In this document: piece by piece, positions 27,366 to 36,049 of the stretch
How the letters are laid out: every line of letters starts with the position of its first letter
Position numbering within the stretch: the first letter of the stretch is position 1
Assembly: GCA_030620115.1 (NCBI GenBank)
Contig: JAUXFG010000015.1
Span: 1 to 38,871, forward strand
DNA length: 38,871 nucleotides
Direction of reading: 5' to 3'
Origin: Candidatus Fermentibacterota bacterium
GTDB taxonomy: Bacteria > JAFGKV01
Translations under genes and position numbers: made by a program
The notes under the pieces: model-generated
What the model was told of the DNA's origin: nothing
The model's input: only the letters and a program-made list of their open reading frames with translations
Database searches by the model: none

Positions 27366-27443
27366 AGAGTACAGCAAATATGAAATGTACTCTCAAAGAA
27401 GCATTCAGCGTTCAGCGTTCAGCGTTCAGGGTTGTAAGTTCAG
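27366..27443. promoter_or_regulatory. 9-bp inverted repeat gagagtaca/tgtactctc with AT-rich loop (27366–27395), followed by tandem heptads cattcag-cgttcag-cgttcag-cgttcag-..-agttcag (27402–27443)
   Basis: Read directly from the sequence. Lies 90–160 nt upstream of the minus-strand SH3b lipoprotein gene. Confidence 0.5.
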
Positions 27444-27518
27444 AACTTCGGCAATGACATGTCAACCAGAATGGACGCTTTCCTCGATCTCGCGTAACAT
27501 CTCAATAAATCCGGGCAT

Positions 27519-27547
27519 CCGACATCCTCCCCCTTTGGCAAAGGGGG
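27519..27547. repeat. Repeat module 'gcatccgacatcctcc(c/a)ccttt(g/c)gcaaagggg', including the hairpin ccccctttggcaaaggggg
   Basis: Second copy at 31759–31790. Confidence 0.6.
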
Positions 27548-27876
27548 ATTGAGGCCACCGGCTCATAGAGCCTATGGCTCGGTGAGGGGATTTTTCCAAT
27601 ATCGCACGGACTTATTGAGAAACCACGACTATTGGACATACATAACACCATGGCCATTCCCTCTCCTCCGCAACATCTTCGGAATCGGAATCGGCATCGC
27701 TATCGAAATCAGCCACCCAGCTGCTCGTTTTTCTAACCTTCGTCAGACATCTATATTCTCGTGACTGAGGGCTATGTGATCACACCTCAATTCGATTCCG
27801 ATCCCGATCAACTCGTCTTTTTCCGCCTCTATTCATACCCAATGGCATATGTGTCACCCAGACAAGACGCCCTTCC

Positions 27877-28959
27877 TCAATTGCGTGCCAGGAAAACAAT
27901 GGCTCCTACGATCACAAGCGCCACACCTACCGCCAAGGCAATCTTCCACGCGGACCACGGCCGTTCTCCTTGCACCTCCCCGGTCCGTCCATTGATCAGG
28001 AAGCGGTACACTTTGTCCCGATACCGATAAGCGCTGATCCATATGGGCAAAAGGATATGCTTGAACGTGATGTTATCGTGTTGGGTCTTGACCGAATGGA
28101 TGCGCTGGTGATCTCCGCCGATATCAGCCCGGATGGTGTGCCTGATCTGGCCATCCATGATCTCCTTGCCCCGATCGAACCCCGCGGCGAGATCAACCTT
28201 GTATGACTCAGCCTGAAATCCACTGATGTACTCATCCTGGTATAACACGAGGTTCTCGAGATCCCACGGTTCGAGGCTGGCGGTCTTGTCCGGCGGCAAT
28301 GACTCGCTTGCCAAGACCAGCACATCGTCGAATGTGTTCCACACAACACCGCTCACCGGGGCCCATCTCGTTTTCCTGACCTGGCGTGTCCGGGTTACCA
28401 TATTGCCGTTCGAGTCCTTGGTTCGGTACGTCTCAGTCACATAGTAGTCAGTACCCCGCTCACCCGTGTAATGACTTGTGGTGGCGCAGTCGAATGTCCA
28501 ATAGGGAATGTACATCCCCTTGAGGTTCCCCTCGCTCCGGGCGTACCTTTTTAACTTGTTGGGTGCGAATCGAAGCTTCTTGATCCATTGACTGAATCGC
28601 TCGTGTGCCTCCCATTTCGCAACTTTGAACGGCAAGAGGGCCTTTGGCTTGATGATCCTTTGCACATGCGCTTTGTCCATCAACTGGCTGCCGCAGAAGG
28701 GACAATGACTGGTGGTGATATGAGGATCAACGGTAGATTCTGCCCCGCATGACCGGCAAAGTACCGTCCTGCGCTCTACCGTCTCTTCTTCATCCAGGAC
28801 CGAGGTCAAATACTCATTGAAATCCAGTTCCTTTATATCTGCTTCAGATTGTGGGATCTGATTCTCGGCATCACAGTAGGGACACTTGAGAGATGCTGCG
28901 CCCGGGGAGAACTCGAGCATGGCACCGCAGGAGCCACAGGGGAATTGTTTGGCACTCAT
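27877..28959 (-). CDS. Double zinc-ribbon protein with C-terminal TM anchor (YdjG/YdjH-like partner of the SPFH protein)
   Basis: CGSCGA...CPYCD and CRSCGA...CPFCGS zinc ribbons; C-terminal hydrophobic helix WKIALAVGVALVIVGAIVFL. Begins 14 nt after the SPFH gene stop. Confidence 0.6.
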   Translation of the reverse strand: MSAKQFPCGSCGAMLEFSPGAASLKCPYCDAENQIPQSEADIKELDFNEYLTSVLDEEETVERRTVLCRSCGAESTVDPHITTSHCPFCGSQLMDKAHVQRIIKPKALLPFKVAKWEAHERFSQWIKKLRFAPNKLKRYARSEGNLKGMYIPYWTFDCATTSHYTGERGTDYYVTETYRTKDSNGNMVTRTRQVRKTRWAPVSGVVWNTFDDVLVLASESLPPDKTASLEPWDLENLVLYQDEYISGFQAESYKVDLAAGFDRGKEIMDGQIRHTIRADIGGDHQRIHSVKTQHDNITFKHILLPIWISAYRYRDKVYRFLINGRTGEVQGERPWSAWKIALAVGVALVIVGAIVFLARN

Positions 28960-28974
28960 CGTTCAAGCACTGTG

Positions 28975-30099
28975 TTACTCGCCGGCCGGAGGAGACGGAG
29001 GAACCGGGGGCGGCGTCTGTGCAAACAACCCGCCAAGCTCAGCCACTTGCCCCGCAGGCGCCCAGTTGGCCATGCCTTGCTTCCATACCAGCGTCTCTTG
29101 CGTCAGCTGCCCTGATGCTACCTGTTGCTTCAGCACCGCCATGTCGAACGGCCCTGTCTGCTGGCCGCCGACAGCGATGAAGAATTGCACCGTGCCGGGT
29201 ATGGGCGGTGGTCCGGGAGCTGCCTGCGGTGACGCGGCTTGTGGCCCCATGGTTTTTGCCATCTGGTTGGCCATGGCAAAGCCCATGCCCATGCCCATAC
29301 CTGCACCGGCCATGCCGCTGGGATTCTGGGCCGCATCCTTGATGGCGCCTGCCGTTTCGTACTGTGTATAGGCTTGGAGATTGCCGATGGCACGCATGGC
29401 GCCGCCCTTGTCAATGGCTTTCTCTACCTCCTCGGGCAAGCCGATATCCTGCACCTGGACTTCCGTGACCTCAAGGCCGTAATCGCCGAATGGGGGCGAG
29501 ATACGTTCCTTGAGCATATCGCCCAGAATCACGACCTTGCTCTCCAGGTCGAGCACGGGGATACCGAGCTCGGGCATGACCTCCTTGATCCGCATCCCGA
29601 TCTTGCCCTTGAGATTCTGTTCGATCTCCTCGGTGGTAAACGTCCCGTCCGTTCCCACGATCTCTCGGATAAAGACCGCAGGATCCTTGATCTTGATGGC
29701 GTAGAGACCGAATGCCGTGACCCGAACGGCTCCGAACTCTTGGTCCCGCATGGTGCAAGGGCCCGGAGTGCCCCATTTCAGGCTCGTGAACTGCCGAGTA
29801 CTACAGAAGTAGACTTCCGCCTTGAACGGGCTGTTGAAACCGTATTTCCAGCCCTGTAACGTCGTGAGAATCGGCAGGTTCTGTGTGGTCAACGTGTACG
29901 TGCCGGGGGTGAATACGTCGGCCAGCTGGCCTTCGTTGATGAATACGGCCGCCTGGCCTTCCCGCACCACCAGTTTCGCGTCGTACTTGATCTCGTTCCC
30001 ATACCGCTCAAAGCGATGGACCAGCGTATCGCCGGTGGGATCAAGCCACTCAATGATGTCAATGAATTGGCCGCGGAGTTTATCCCAGAGTGCCATCAT
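28975..30099 (-). CDS. SPFH/band-7 domain protein (YdjI-like) with C-terminal GYF-like/DUF4339 domain
   Basis: N-terminal ALWDKLRGQFIDIIEWLD...HRF motif characteristic of the YdjI-type SPFH family. Gly/Met/Ala-rich linker. C-terminal FFIAVGGQQTGPFDMAVLKQQVASGQL...WKQGMANW. GAGGAGG RBS before ATGATG. Confidence 0.75.
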   Translation of the reverse strand: MMALWDKLRGQFIDIIEWLDPTGDTLVHRFERYGNEIKYDAKLVVREGQAAVFINEGQLADVFTPGTYTLTTQNLPILTTLQGWKYGFNSPFKAEVYFCSTRQFTSLKWGTPGPCTMRDQEFGAVRVTAFGLYAIKIKDPAVFIREIVGTDGTFTTEEIEQNLKGKIGMRIKEVMPELGIPVLDLESKVVILGDMLKERISPPFGDYGLEVTEVQVQDIGLPEEVEKAIDKGGAMRAIGNLQAYTQYETAGAIKDAAQNPSGMAGAGMGMGMGFAMANQMAKTMGPQAASPQAAPGPPPIPGTVQFFIAVGGQQTGPFDMAVLKQQVASGQLTQETLVWKQGMANWAPAGQVAELGGLFAQTPPPVPPSPPAGE

Positions 30100-30321
30100 A
30101 TCCTCCTCGCAGGTGAGCATTCCAGAGCTCGTCGATGTTCATAAAATGTCTGGGCTACATCAATAGACAAGTATACGATGCAGCAATCTATCCATCACCC
30201 CAACGGCGGGGCAACTCCCAAGAATTGGGATCACTCACTCGTATTCCTCCCCAGTCTCTCCCATGGGACCAGTGGGGCAGGCGTCCCTGCCTGCCATCCC
30301 GAAGGGAAAAAGATATGCCGT

Positions 30322-31518
30322 CTATTGAGGAAAACGCGGTCGAACCGGCGTTCGCTTGAAGTCAGATCGGTTGAGATTGACGTCTACATTAGGATCATAG
30401 TGCTCGTCATTCGTATAGATGACATCACCGCCGGGATTCGTCCAGCGATTCTCCCATTGATTGGAACCAGTTTCCACCTCATTGGTGAATGGGTTCACAT
30501 ACTCCTCTTGTTCAGTAAGCGTGAGAAATGTGTCATTATTGATCTCTGCATTGGTCTTGGTTTGGTGATCCGCGATCTCCTGGCCGATTCGGTTGATATC
30601 GCGGATCACATCCGCGGCGATTTGCCCTCGGGTAATCTGTCCTCGGATCTCTCCCGTAACCCACTTTGGATTGAGCCTCACGGATCTCAAGATGATACCT
30701 GCAACCGGTTCCCACTGCACGAACTCATCCGCCGGCGCCCGCGCGAAGAATGTTGACTTGTTCTTCCACCCTCCAGGTATGAGATACCCATAGTCTTCAA
30801 TGCCAGTGAAGAAGGTTTCTCTATATTGAGTGCCTCCTTCTCGATAGGAGACCGTCATTATTGCGACATCATAGGATAGCGCCAGCCCGGGCATCATGGC
30901 GCGTTGGGCATCCTGGAACTGCTTGGCCACCTTCGGGAGTGCACGCTGCTCGACCACTTGAACCGTCTGTGCGTGGGGACGCGCTTTGGGGAATACCACC
31001 CGACTTAGGAACTCGAGCGCAGAGAGCTTCGGCCAGACAGTCATGCCGGCGTAGTTGCTCCCCTGGGGAAACATGCCCATTTGTCCGGCGGGTGAAAACC
31101 TCATATCGATATACATGAGCTCGGGCACCCATTTCATCATCACCGATCCCATCTGATCCTTTTTCAAGGCAAAATCGAGCTTTGCCTCTATGGACTGCGC
31201 GGGGCCGCCCTGGGCCGTTGGATCGATCCGGACAATGCCCCCTTCCACCAACCAGCCCTGCGGAACCAGAAGGTCGAAGGCGCGCTCCCGAGGTTCGGCC
31301 TTTCGCACAAAACGGACCGTGTGTGCTATGCCGCGTTCGCTGGCTGTCGAGGCTTCAAGATGTGTTGTCTGCCTCGCCTGGCCTTGAGCCTCCGAAGGGG
31401 AGCTGCGGGCAGCATCGACCTGGGTGGATGACTCTGATGATTCTCCCTTGGATTCAGTCTGCCCCCCACAGACGAGCAGGAACGGCAGAAAGAACAGGCC
31501 AAGTGTATACTGTCTCAT
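30322..31518 (-). CDS. Secreted lipoprotein, function unknown
   Basis: Signal peptide with lipobox LLVCGG. Start taken at the MRQYTLGLFF... ATG (31518); the ORF-track start at 31551 adds 11 residues. Confidence 0.5.
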   Translation of the reverse strand: MRQYTLGLFFLPFLLVCGGQTESKGESSESSTQVDAARSSPSEAQGQARQTTHLEASTASERGIAHTVRFVRKAEPRERAFDLLVPQGWLVEGGIVRIDPTAQGGPAQSIEAKLDFALKKDQMGSVMMKWVPELMYIDMRFSPAGQMGMFPQGSNYAGMTVWPKLSALEFLSRVVFPKARPHAQTVQVVEQRALPKVAKQFQDAQRAMMPGLALSYDVAIMTVSYREGGTQYRETFFTGIEDYGYLIPGGWKNKSTFFARAPADEFVQWEPVAGIILRSVRLNPKWVTGEIRGQITRGQIAADVIRDINRIGQEIADHQTKTNAEINNDTFLTLTEQEEYVNPFTNEVETGSNQWENRWTNPGGDVIYTNDEHYDPNVDVNLNRSDFKRTPVRPRFPQ

Positions 31519-31559
31519 TTGGATTCTCCTTGCCGAATCATGGGTTAGCATAGCTTCTC

Positions 31560-31964
31560 GTGTAACCGTTCAGGGGTTGAAAGGTTGATAGGTTCAGGGT
31601 TCACCGGAAATCCGAACCGTTGAGTCGTGGGATCTGAAAGGTAGCCTTGAATCCCGCTTCCAGCGGGAAACTCTGAACCTGTGAACGCTTACAGATGGCC
31701 CAAGCTGACTTCAGGCAACCCTGAACGGTGAACGCTGAACCCGTGAACGGCTTGTCCGTGCATCCGACATCCTCCACCTTTCGCAAAGGGGAATTCATCC
31801 GATATCTCACGAACTCATTGAGAAGTTACCAACTCCGCACATATTGCGCTATGGAGGGACGTCGGCTTCCAGATACTTCGCTGTCGCTCTGCATCCCGCG
31901 TCAGACGCGGGACAGCCACAGCCAACTACACCGCTTCGAGACGAAAGCCGGTGAGAAGTGCGGG
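31560..31964. repeat. Repeat cluster of four parts: TGAAC heptad arrays (31570–31600, 31660–31680, 31705–31740), the CCTTTCGCAAAGGGG hairpin module (31759–31790), the GC hairpin cccgcgtcagacgcggg (31897–31913), and module 'gagacgaaagccggtgagaagtgcgggctaag' (31936–31968)
   Basis: Direct comparison with 27400–27550, 12550–12660, 33530–33700 and 38366–38450. Confidence 0.65.
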
Positions 31965-33506
31965 CTAAGGATGCAACTGGCGCCGCCATCTCAATGCTAC
32001 AAGAACATGTCCCTTAAGTCGACGCCACCCGTTCTTGAGCGCCACCAGCCGATTGAAAAGGCTCTCGAAATAGGGCCGGTTGAATAGGGAGAGAAAGACC
32101 GGCTTGGAAAGGATTCGTACGATGCCATGGGGAAAACCTCGGGCGAGGAGTACATAGAGGACATTGAGGTAGTTACGGCGGAAAACACGATAGTCCTTCT
32201 GGTACAGAAGCCTCTCTTCGTCTACTATTCCTTCGGATAGCGCCTTCTCCAATAGCTTCGTACCCGGGAACAGTGCTAGCGAATAGAGCTGCAATACAAA
32301 AGGTCTTGGCAGGTCAAGGACCAGTTGAAGGGTCTCAAGTTCGTCCTCTATTGCGGAGAAGGGATTATCCAGAATGATGTCATAGAGAGGAATGATGCGG
32401 CCTTTGTACTTGTTGATGATCTTGGCGGCCTGAGTGACTGTTTCGCGTGAAGACCAAGTGCGTTGATACAGCTCATTTATCCTCTTGCTTCCTGTCTGGA
32501 TCCCGACCTGAAGCAAGAAAAGCCCCGCGTCCGCGAGGTACTTCATTTTTTCGGATGTGATACTCCGAGGGGTGGCCGTACACCGAAATGGGAGAGCTAC
32601 TTCTCTGGTATATGCCTCAAGAAAGTCCCTTATCTCTTCATTCCGTGTGTGAACGAATGTATCATCAGAAAAAAGAATGGCCCGTACAAAAGGAAAGCGT
32701 TCTCTGAATGCTTTGATCTCAGCAATTGCATTGGCATTCGACCGGCGTCGAACGTACGGCTGCCCAGGATAAAGCGCAGCCAACGCTTGATTGCCGCAGA
32801 ATGTGCACTTGTATGGACAACCCCGCGTAATCATGATCTGAAAGGTCGATTGAGCCCGACGGAGAGATCGAGGGCCGTAGTCCAGATAAACCTCAAGTAA
32901 GCCTGGATCCAAATTGACGATCCGCTGTTCTTCACGGCGGGAGATGTATTGATCTTCAAGATCGTAGTCCTGGAAGGGGAGAGTATCGAGATCCTGCAGC
33001 AGTGGGCGAAGCGGCGTCTCCACAATATGCCCATCTGTTTTCGTGTAGATATTCCTGATTCTTGTGGTGGGTTTGTCCTCTTTGAGAGCAATTGCCAACT
33101 CCAGTAGCGCTTCTTCCCCTTCCCCAACGCATACGAAATCTGCGTGCTCCAGGCATTGTTCTGGACGGAGAGTTGGATGAATTCCTCCCCATACGACGGG
33201 AACGCCCAGGCGTTGCACGATCCCGTCTGTGAGATGCCCCATGGAATGATGGTAATTTGTCATCATGGAGATGCCGATGAGAGATGACCCCTCGCACAGC
33301 TCAATCACCTGATCAATAACGTGAGGAGGGAATGTGAATTCCCAATTCGGGGTATCAACCTCTTCACAGAGCAAAACGTTCGATAGGAACAGCATTCGCG
33401 TCGAAACGCCATGTTCTTTGAGATACGACGAAAGCCCGCGCAGACTAAGAGCGGAAATATCAGTAAAGGGACTGATGAGAACAACGTCATAGGATTTCAT
33501 AAACAA
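31965..33506 (-). CDS. B12-binding-domain radical SAM protein (class B radical SAM family)
   Basis: N-terminal Rossmann-like cobalamin-binding domain (VVLISP...GISMMT...VVWGGIHPT), then radical SAM motif ITRGCPYKCTFC (CX3CX2C), then a long C-terminal domain; 513 aa. Confidence 0.85.
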   Translation of the reverse strand: MFMKSYDVVLISPFTDISALSLRGLSSYLKEHGVSTRMLFLSNVLLCEEVDTPNWEFTFPPHVIDQVIELCEGSSLIGISMMTNYHHSMGHLTDGIVQRLGVPVVWGGIHPTLRPEQCLEHADFVCVGEGEEALLELAIALKEDKPTTRIRNIYTKTDGHIVETPLRPLLQDLDTLPFQDYDLEDQYISRREEQRIVNLDPGLLEVYLDYGPRSLRRAQSTFQIMITRGCPYKCTFCGNQALAALYPGQPYVRRRSNANAIAEIKAFRERFPFVRAILFSDDTFVHTRNEEIRDFLEAYTREVALPFRCTATPRSITSEKMKYLADAGLFLLQVGIQTGSKRINELYQRTWSSRETVTQAAKIINKYKGRIIPLYDIILDNPFSAIEDELETLQLVLDLPRPFVLQLYSLALFPGTKLLEKALSEGIVDEERLLYQKDYRVFRRNYLNVLYVLLARGFPHGIVRILSKPVFLSLFNRPYFESLFNRLVALKNGWRRLKGHVLVALRWRRQLHP

Positions 33507-33519
33507 TCACCTTAGTTCT

Positions 33520-33730
33520 ATCCGTTCAGTCCGCGTCACGCGGCATCTTTGTTCGGTACTGCCGACGTGATGTGACAAATCCCTCCTCGTGATCCCGCGT
33601 TCGCCGCGGGGGGAAGAAATGCGGGCTTAGCCCAAGCTTCTCACCAATCCTGCGGCGGGTTCGCTTCGAAAGCCGGTGAGAAGTCCGGATTAGGCGGGTT
33701 TCGAACCCGGCTTTGGACTCAAAACAGGGA
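33520..33730. repeat. REP-like cluster with three components: hairpins tccgcgtcacgcgg and cccgcgttcgccgcgggg, modules 'ggaagaaatgcgggcttagcc' and 'cgaaagccggtgagaagtccggattaggc', and 'gtttcgaacccggctt'
   Basis: Same module family as at 12553–12656, 31897–31968, 37540–37590 and 38366–38450. Confidence 0.65.
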
Positions 33731-33812
33731 TAAGAAGGAGATCTTTTTGAAATTTGCAAGAGATCGGTGTGAATATGAGGATATCTTGGAAGAACCCTTC
33801 TGGGGGCCAAGT

Positions 33813-34820
33813 GGGGTCAGGCATTGCTAACGGCGAATTGAGATTTACTCTTCACGTCATTGATACGATCGTGTAGTGTTCTATCCCGATTCATCCTGTT
33901 CCGTAATCGAGCCGCGCCCGCGCTCAGGGTCGAGCTGTCCCGCTGAAATACTTTCGCCGCTTCTGCAATCGTGATCTCAGGGTGCTCCTGTACTATCAGC
34001 CCGATAACCGACCGCGCCTCTGACGCCAATCGTCCCCTTCCCGGTGCCAAAAGCTCGTCCTGTGCTATCCCGTATGCTTTGCATACGCCATCAATGATCC
34101 CGTCGAGTGTTATCCGTGTCCCTTTCATGCCATCTTCGGCTTCCTGCACTCGCTCGATGAAACTCTCATTTCCGATGAGTCGACCGTCAGACTGCGCCGG
34201 ACTGAACTCAGACTTGGCTGCGTCACTATCCAATCCACCCAAAACGAATCGGTGGAACCGTTCTCGTGCTTCTCCTTCTCGGTCTGCAAACCGAGCCAAA
34301 ACCAACCCCTCTGTGAGCCAGGGCAGTGTATCGTCTCCTCTGTAGAATCGATGGCTGCTCCAGCGATATGATTCCGGTCTTTTCATGATACCGGCTCGCA
34401 CAGGATTGAGATGAATGTAGCTCACCAATTGAAGCAGATAGGAGTCGACATCTACCAAATTTGTCTTGTACCGCCCCTGAAACAGATGACCAACTCGTTG
34501 GTGGCGCCTGTTGAACCACTGGGTATACCGGAACGTGAGATTCTGCATGATGCGGGAGAGTGGCCGTTCTCCCACCTGGATCGCGATATGGATGTGGTCG
34601 TCGAGCAGACAAAACGCGTGAACGCGGTACCCAAATCGCTCGGTCCCTTCTTGCATCAAAAGACAAAATCTTGTCCGGTCTACGTCATCATAGAACACAT
34701 CATCCTGGGCGTTCCCCCGCAGGATGACATGATACAAGGCCCCTTGATAGTGGATTCGTGGTTTACGTGACATGCTGTCCAATATACATACTCACATCGC
34801 TGTTAGCAATGCCTGACCCC
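33813..34820 (-). mobile_element. Y1 (IS200-like/RAYT-type) transposase unit bounded by 23-bp imperfect terminal inverted repeats: ggggtcaggcattgctaacggcg (33813–33835) and cgctgttagcaatgcctgacccc (34798–34820)
   Basis: The inverted repeats match at 22 of 23 positions. The right IR encodes the C-terminal ...AVSNA of the transposase. Confidence 0.7.
33817..34773 (-). CDS. IS200-like Y1 tyrosine transposase (REP-associated tyrosine transposase-like) with C-terminal DnaA-C-like helix-turn-helix domain
   Basis: HxH motif DDHIHIAIQ and catalytic-Tyr region YRWSSHRFY typical of the Y1_Tnp family; C-terminal GIAQDELL...ITIAEAAKVFQRDSSTLS resembles DnaA domain IV. Start taken at ATG 34771–34773; the ORF-track start at 34782 is a TTG. 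Confidence 0.8.
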   Translation of the reverse strand: MSRKPRIHYQGALYHVILRGNAQDDVFYDDVDRTRFCLLMQEGTERFGYRVHAFCLLDDHIHIAIQVGERPLSRIMQNLTFRYTQWFNRRHQRVGHLFQGRYKTNLVDVDSYLLQLVSYIHLNPVRAGIMKRPESYRWSSHRFYRGDDTLPWLTEGLVLARFADREGEARERFHRFVLGGLDSDAAKSEFSPAQSDGRLIGNESFIERVQEAEDGMKGTRITLDGIIDGVCKAYGIAQDELLAPGRGRLASEARSVIGLIVQEHPEITIAEAAKVFQRDSSTLSAGAARLRNRMNRDRTLHDRINDVKSKSQFAVSNA

Positions 34821-34827
34821 AATCGGC

Positions 34828-34981
34828 ACTCCTTGTCTATACCGCCCGGAATGTTCCGTCGCTTCAGGATGTACCGATCCCCAGACGTCACCGTCACCGC
34901 CGTGGCACTTCCCCAATAGGAGTCAATCGGTTCGTTCGAGACGACGTCGCCTATATCCCAAGATGCGAGCAAGTCCTTCAT
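34828..34981 (-). pseudogene. 5' fragment (about 50 codons) of an APH/homoserine-kinase-type-II family phosphotransferase gene, truncated at the transposase-unit boundary
   Basis: MKDLLASWDIGDVVSNEPIDSYWGSATAVTVTSGDRYILKRRNIPGG matches the N-terminal nucleotide-binding lobe pattern of APH/HSK-II kinases. Protein-like sequence stops where the 23-bp IR begins (34820). Confidence 0.4.
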
Positions 34982-35078
34982 TTGTTTTCTGTGTCCAATC
35001 GCCGCGGCGCCAGTCGCCGGGAACGTGAAATTCAGCGGCGCGGCTTGTCCGCGTCCGCTGGAGTATCTTGTTGGCCTT

Positions 35079-35462
35079 CTACTTCGTGTAGGCTGGCCTG
35101 AGGCCCTTAAGCATAGGGTAGTGTTTGGTGTTGAGGGTTTTCAGCTCCGCGTTCTCGGCTTGAGCGGTAGCAGCCAAGATGGCATCTGCAAGGCCGACGC
35201 CGTGTGACTTGGCATAATCACGCTTGTAGAGCCCTCCAGTCTTCGCGATCGCCGCATCTACAGGGATAACACGAAAGAGTGAGATGAAATCCTCCAAAAC
35301 AACTTGTTCTGCATCTCCCTTCACTCCAGCGTATAGTTCCGCAACGACGATGGATGACAGGACAATTAGATCAGATTTGGCGTTTACCAAGGCCAGCGCT
35401 TTGCTGTGGCCGCGGAGGAAGTCAACAAGAACATCTGTGTCGAGAAGGATTGACTTTGCCAT
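35079..35462 (-). CDS. vapC: PIN-domain toxin
   Basis: ILLDTDVLVDFL (first conserved Asp), PIN fold pattern. Start ATG overlaps the antitoxin stop (ATGA). Confidence 0.85.
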   Translation of the reverse strand: MAKSILLDTDVLVDFLRGHSKALALVNAKSDLIVLSSIVVAELYAGVKGDAEQVVLEDFISLFRVIPVDAAIAKTGGLYKRDYAKSHGVGLADAILAATAQAENAELKTLNTKHYPMLKGLRPAYTK

Positions 35463-35464
35463 GA

Positions 35465-35698
35465 TCAGTTCCTGTCCCATTCGGCTCGCGTTGCCTTGAA
35501 GTCAGGAAGATCCGTACGATTCTTCCAGATTCCGGCAGCCTCGCGTAATACCACCTCCCGTCGACTGCGGCCTGATTGATCGATGAGGCGATTGACGGCC
35601 TCTCGAATGAGCTCGCTCTGTTTTTTCCCCGCGGTCTTGGAGATAGCAGCCAGTTCGTCACGTTGGTGCTCTGTCAGGTATATCTGCGTTCGTATCAT
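35465..35698 (-). CDS. vapB: Ribbon-helix-helix (CopG/VapB-type) antitoxin
   Basis: 77 aa; N-terminal RHH pattern TQIYLTEHQRDELAAISK; located upstream of and coupled to vapC. Confidence 0.8.
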   Translation of the reverse strand: MIRTQIYLTEHQRDELAAISKTAGKKQSELIREAVNRLIDQSGRSRREVVLREAAGIWKNRTDLPDFKATRAEWDRN

Positions 35699-35705
35699 GC
35701 GACAC

Positions 35706-35755
35706 CTCCAATGCTGTATACACCAGTATTATACATCATTTTCATTCCCTGTCAA
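35706..35755 (-). promoter_or_regulatory. Near-consensus σ70 promoter for vapBC: -35 TTGACA (complement of 35750–35755), 16-nt spacer, -10 TATAAT (complement of 35728–35733). Inverted repeat TGTATA-N9-TATACA overlaps the -10 and is a likely autoregulatory operator. GGAGGTG RBS
   Basis: Read directly from the minus-strand sequence upstream of vapB. Confidence 0.6.
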
Positions 35756-36049
35756 GACCAACGGTTCGAGTTCAGCGGACCGAACCCCGCAGGGGTGAGG
35801 GTCCGCTTGAGCGAGTTGTTCAAGTAAGCCGCTTCGCGGCAGTTTGGTTTCCCTCTTTCATGTAGTATACTTGCCGTTGACACCCGCCGAAGTCCGATTC
35901 CGAACCTTTACCTTTTGAACTAGCATATACCTTGCCGGGGCGGCTTGGCGACCACATCTCTTGCCACGCTCCGCGGCTTCATGAACCAGGAATTAGAAGC
36001 GAGCACTCGCTTCGCGAGACTCGGGTCTAATCCTTATCTTGTTCGGCTT

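Noticed and set aside
27519-27547. Hairpin ccccctttggcaaaggggg as an intrinsic terminator for the zinc-ribbon/SPFH operon
   Set aside because: No U-tract follows on either strand. The same hairpin recurs at 31766–31784 as part of a repeat module, so it is more likely a REP component than a terminator.
34763-34827. 3' portion of ORF 34763..34981(-)
   Set aside because: This part is the translation of the transposase-unit inverted repeat and upstream leader, not kinase coding sequence. Only about 34828–34981 is retained as a pseudogene fragment.
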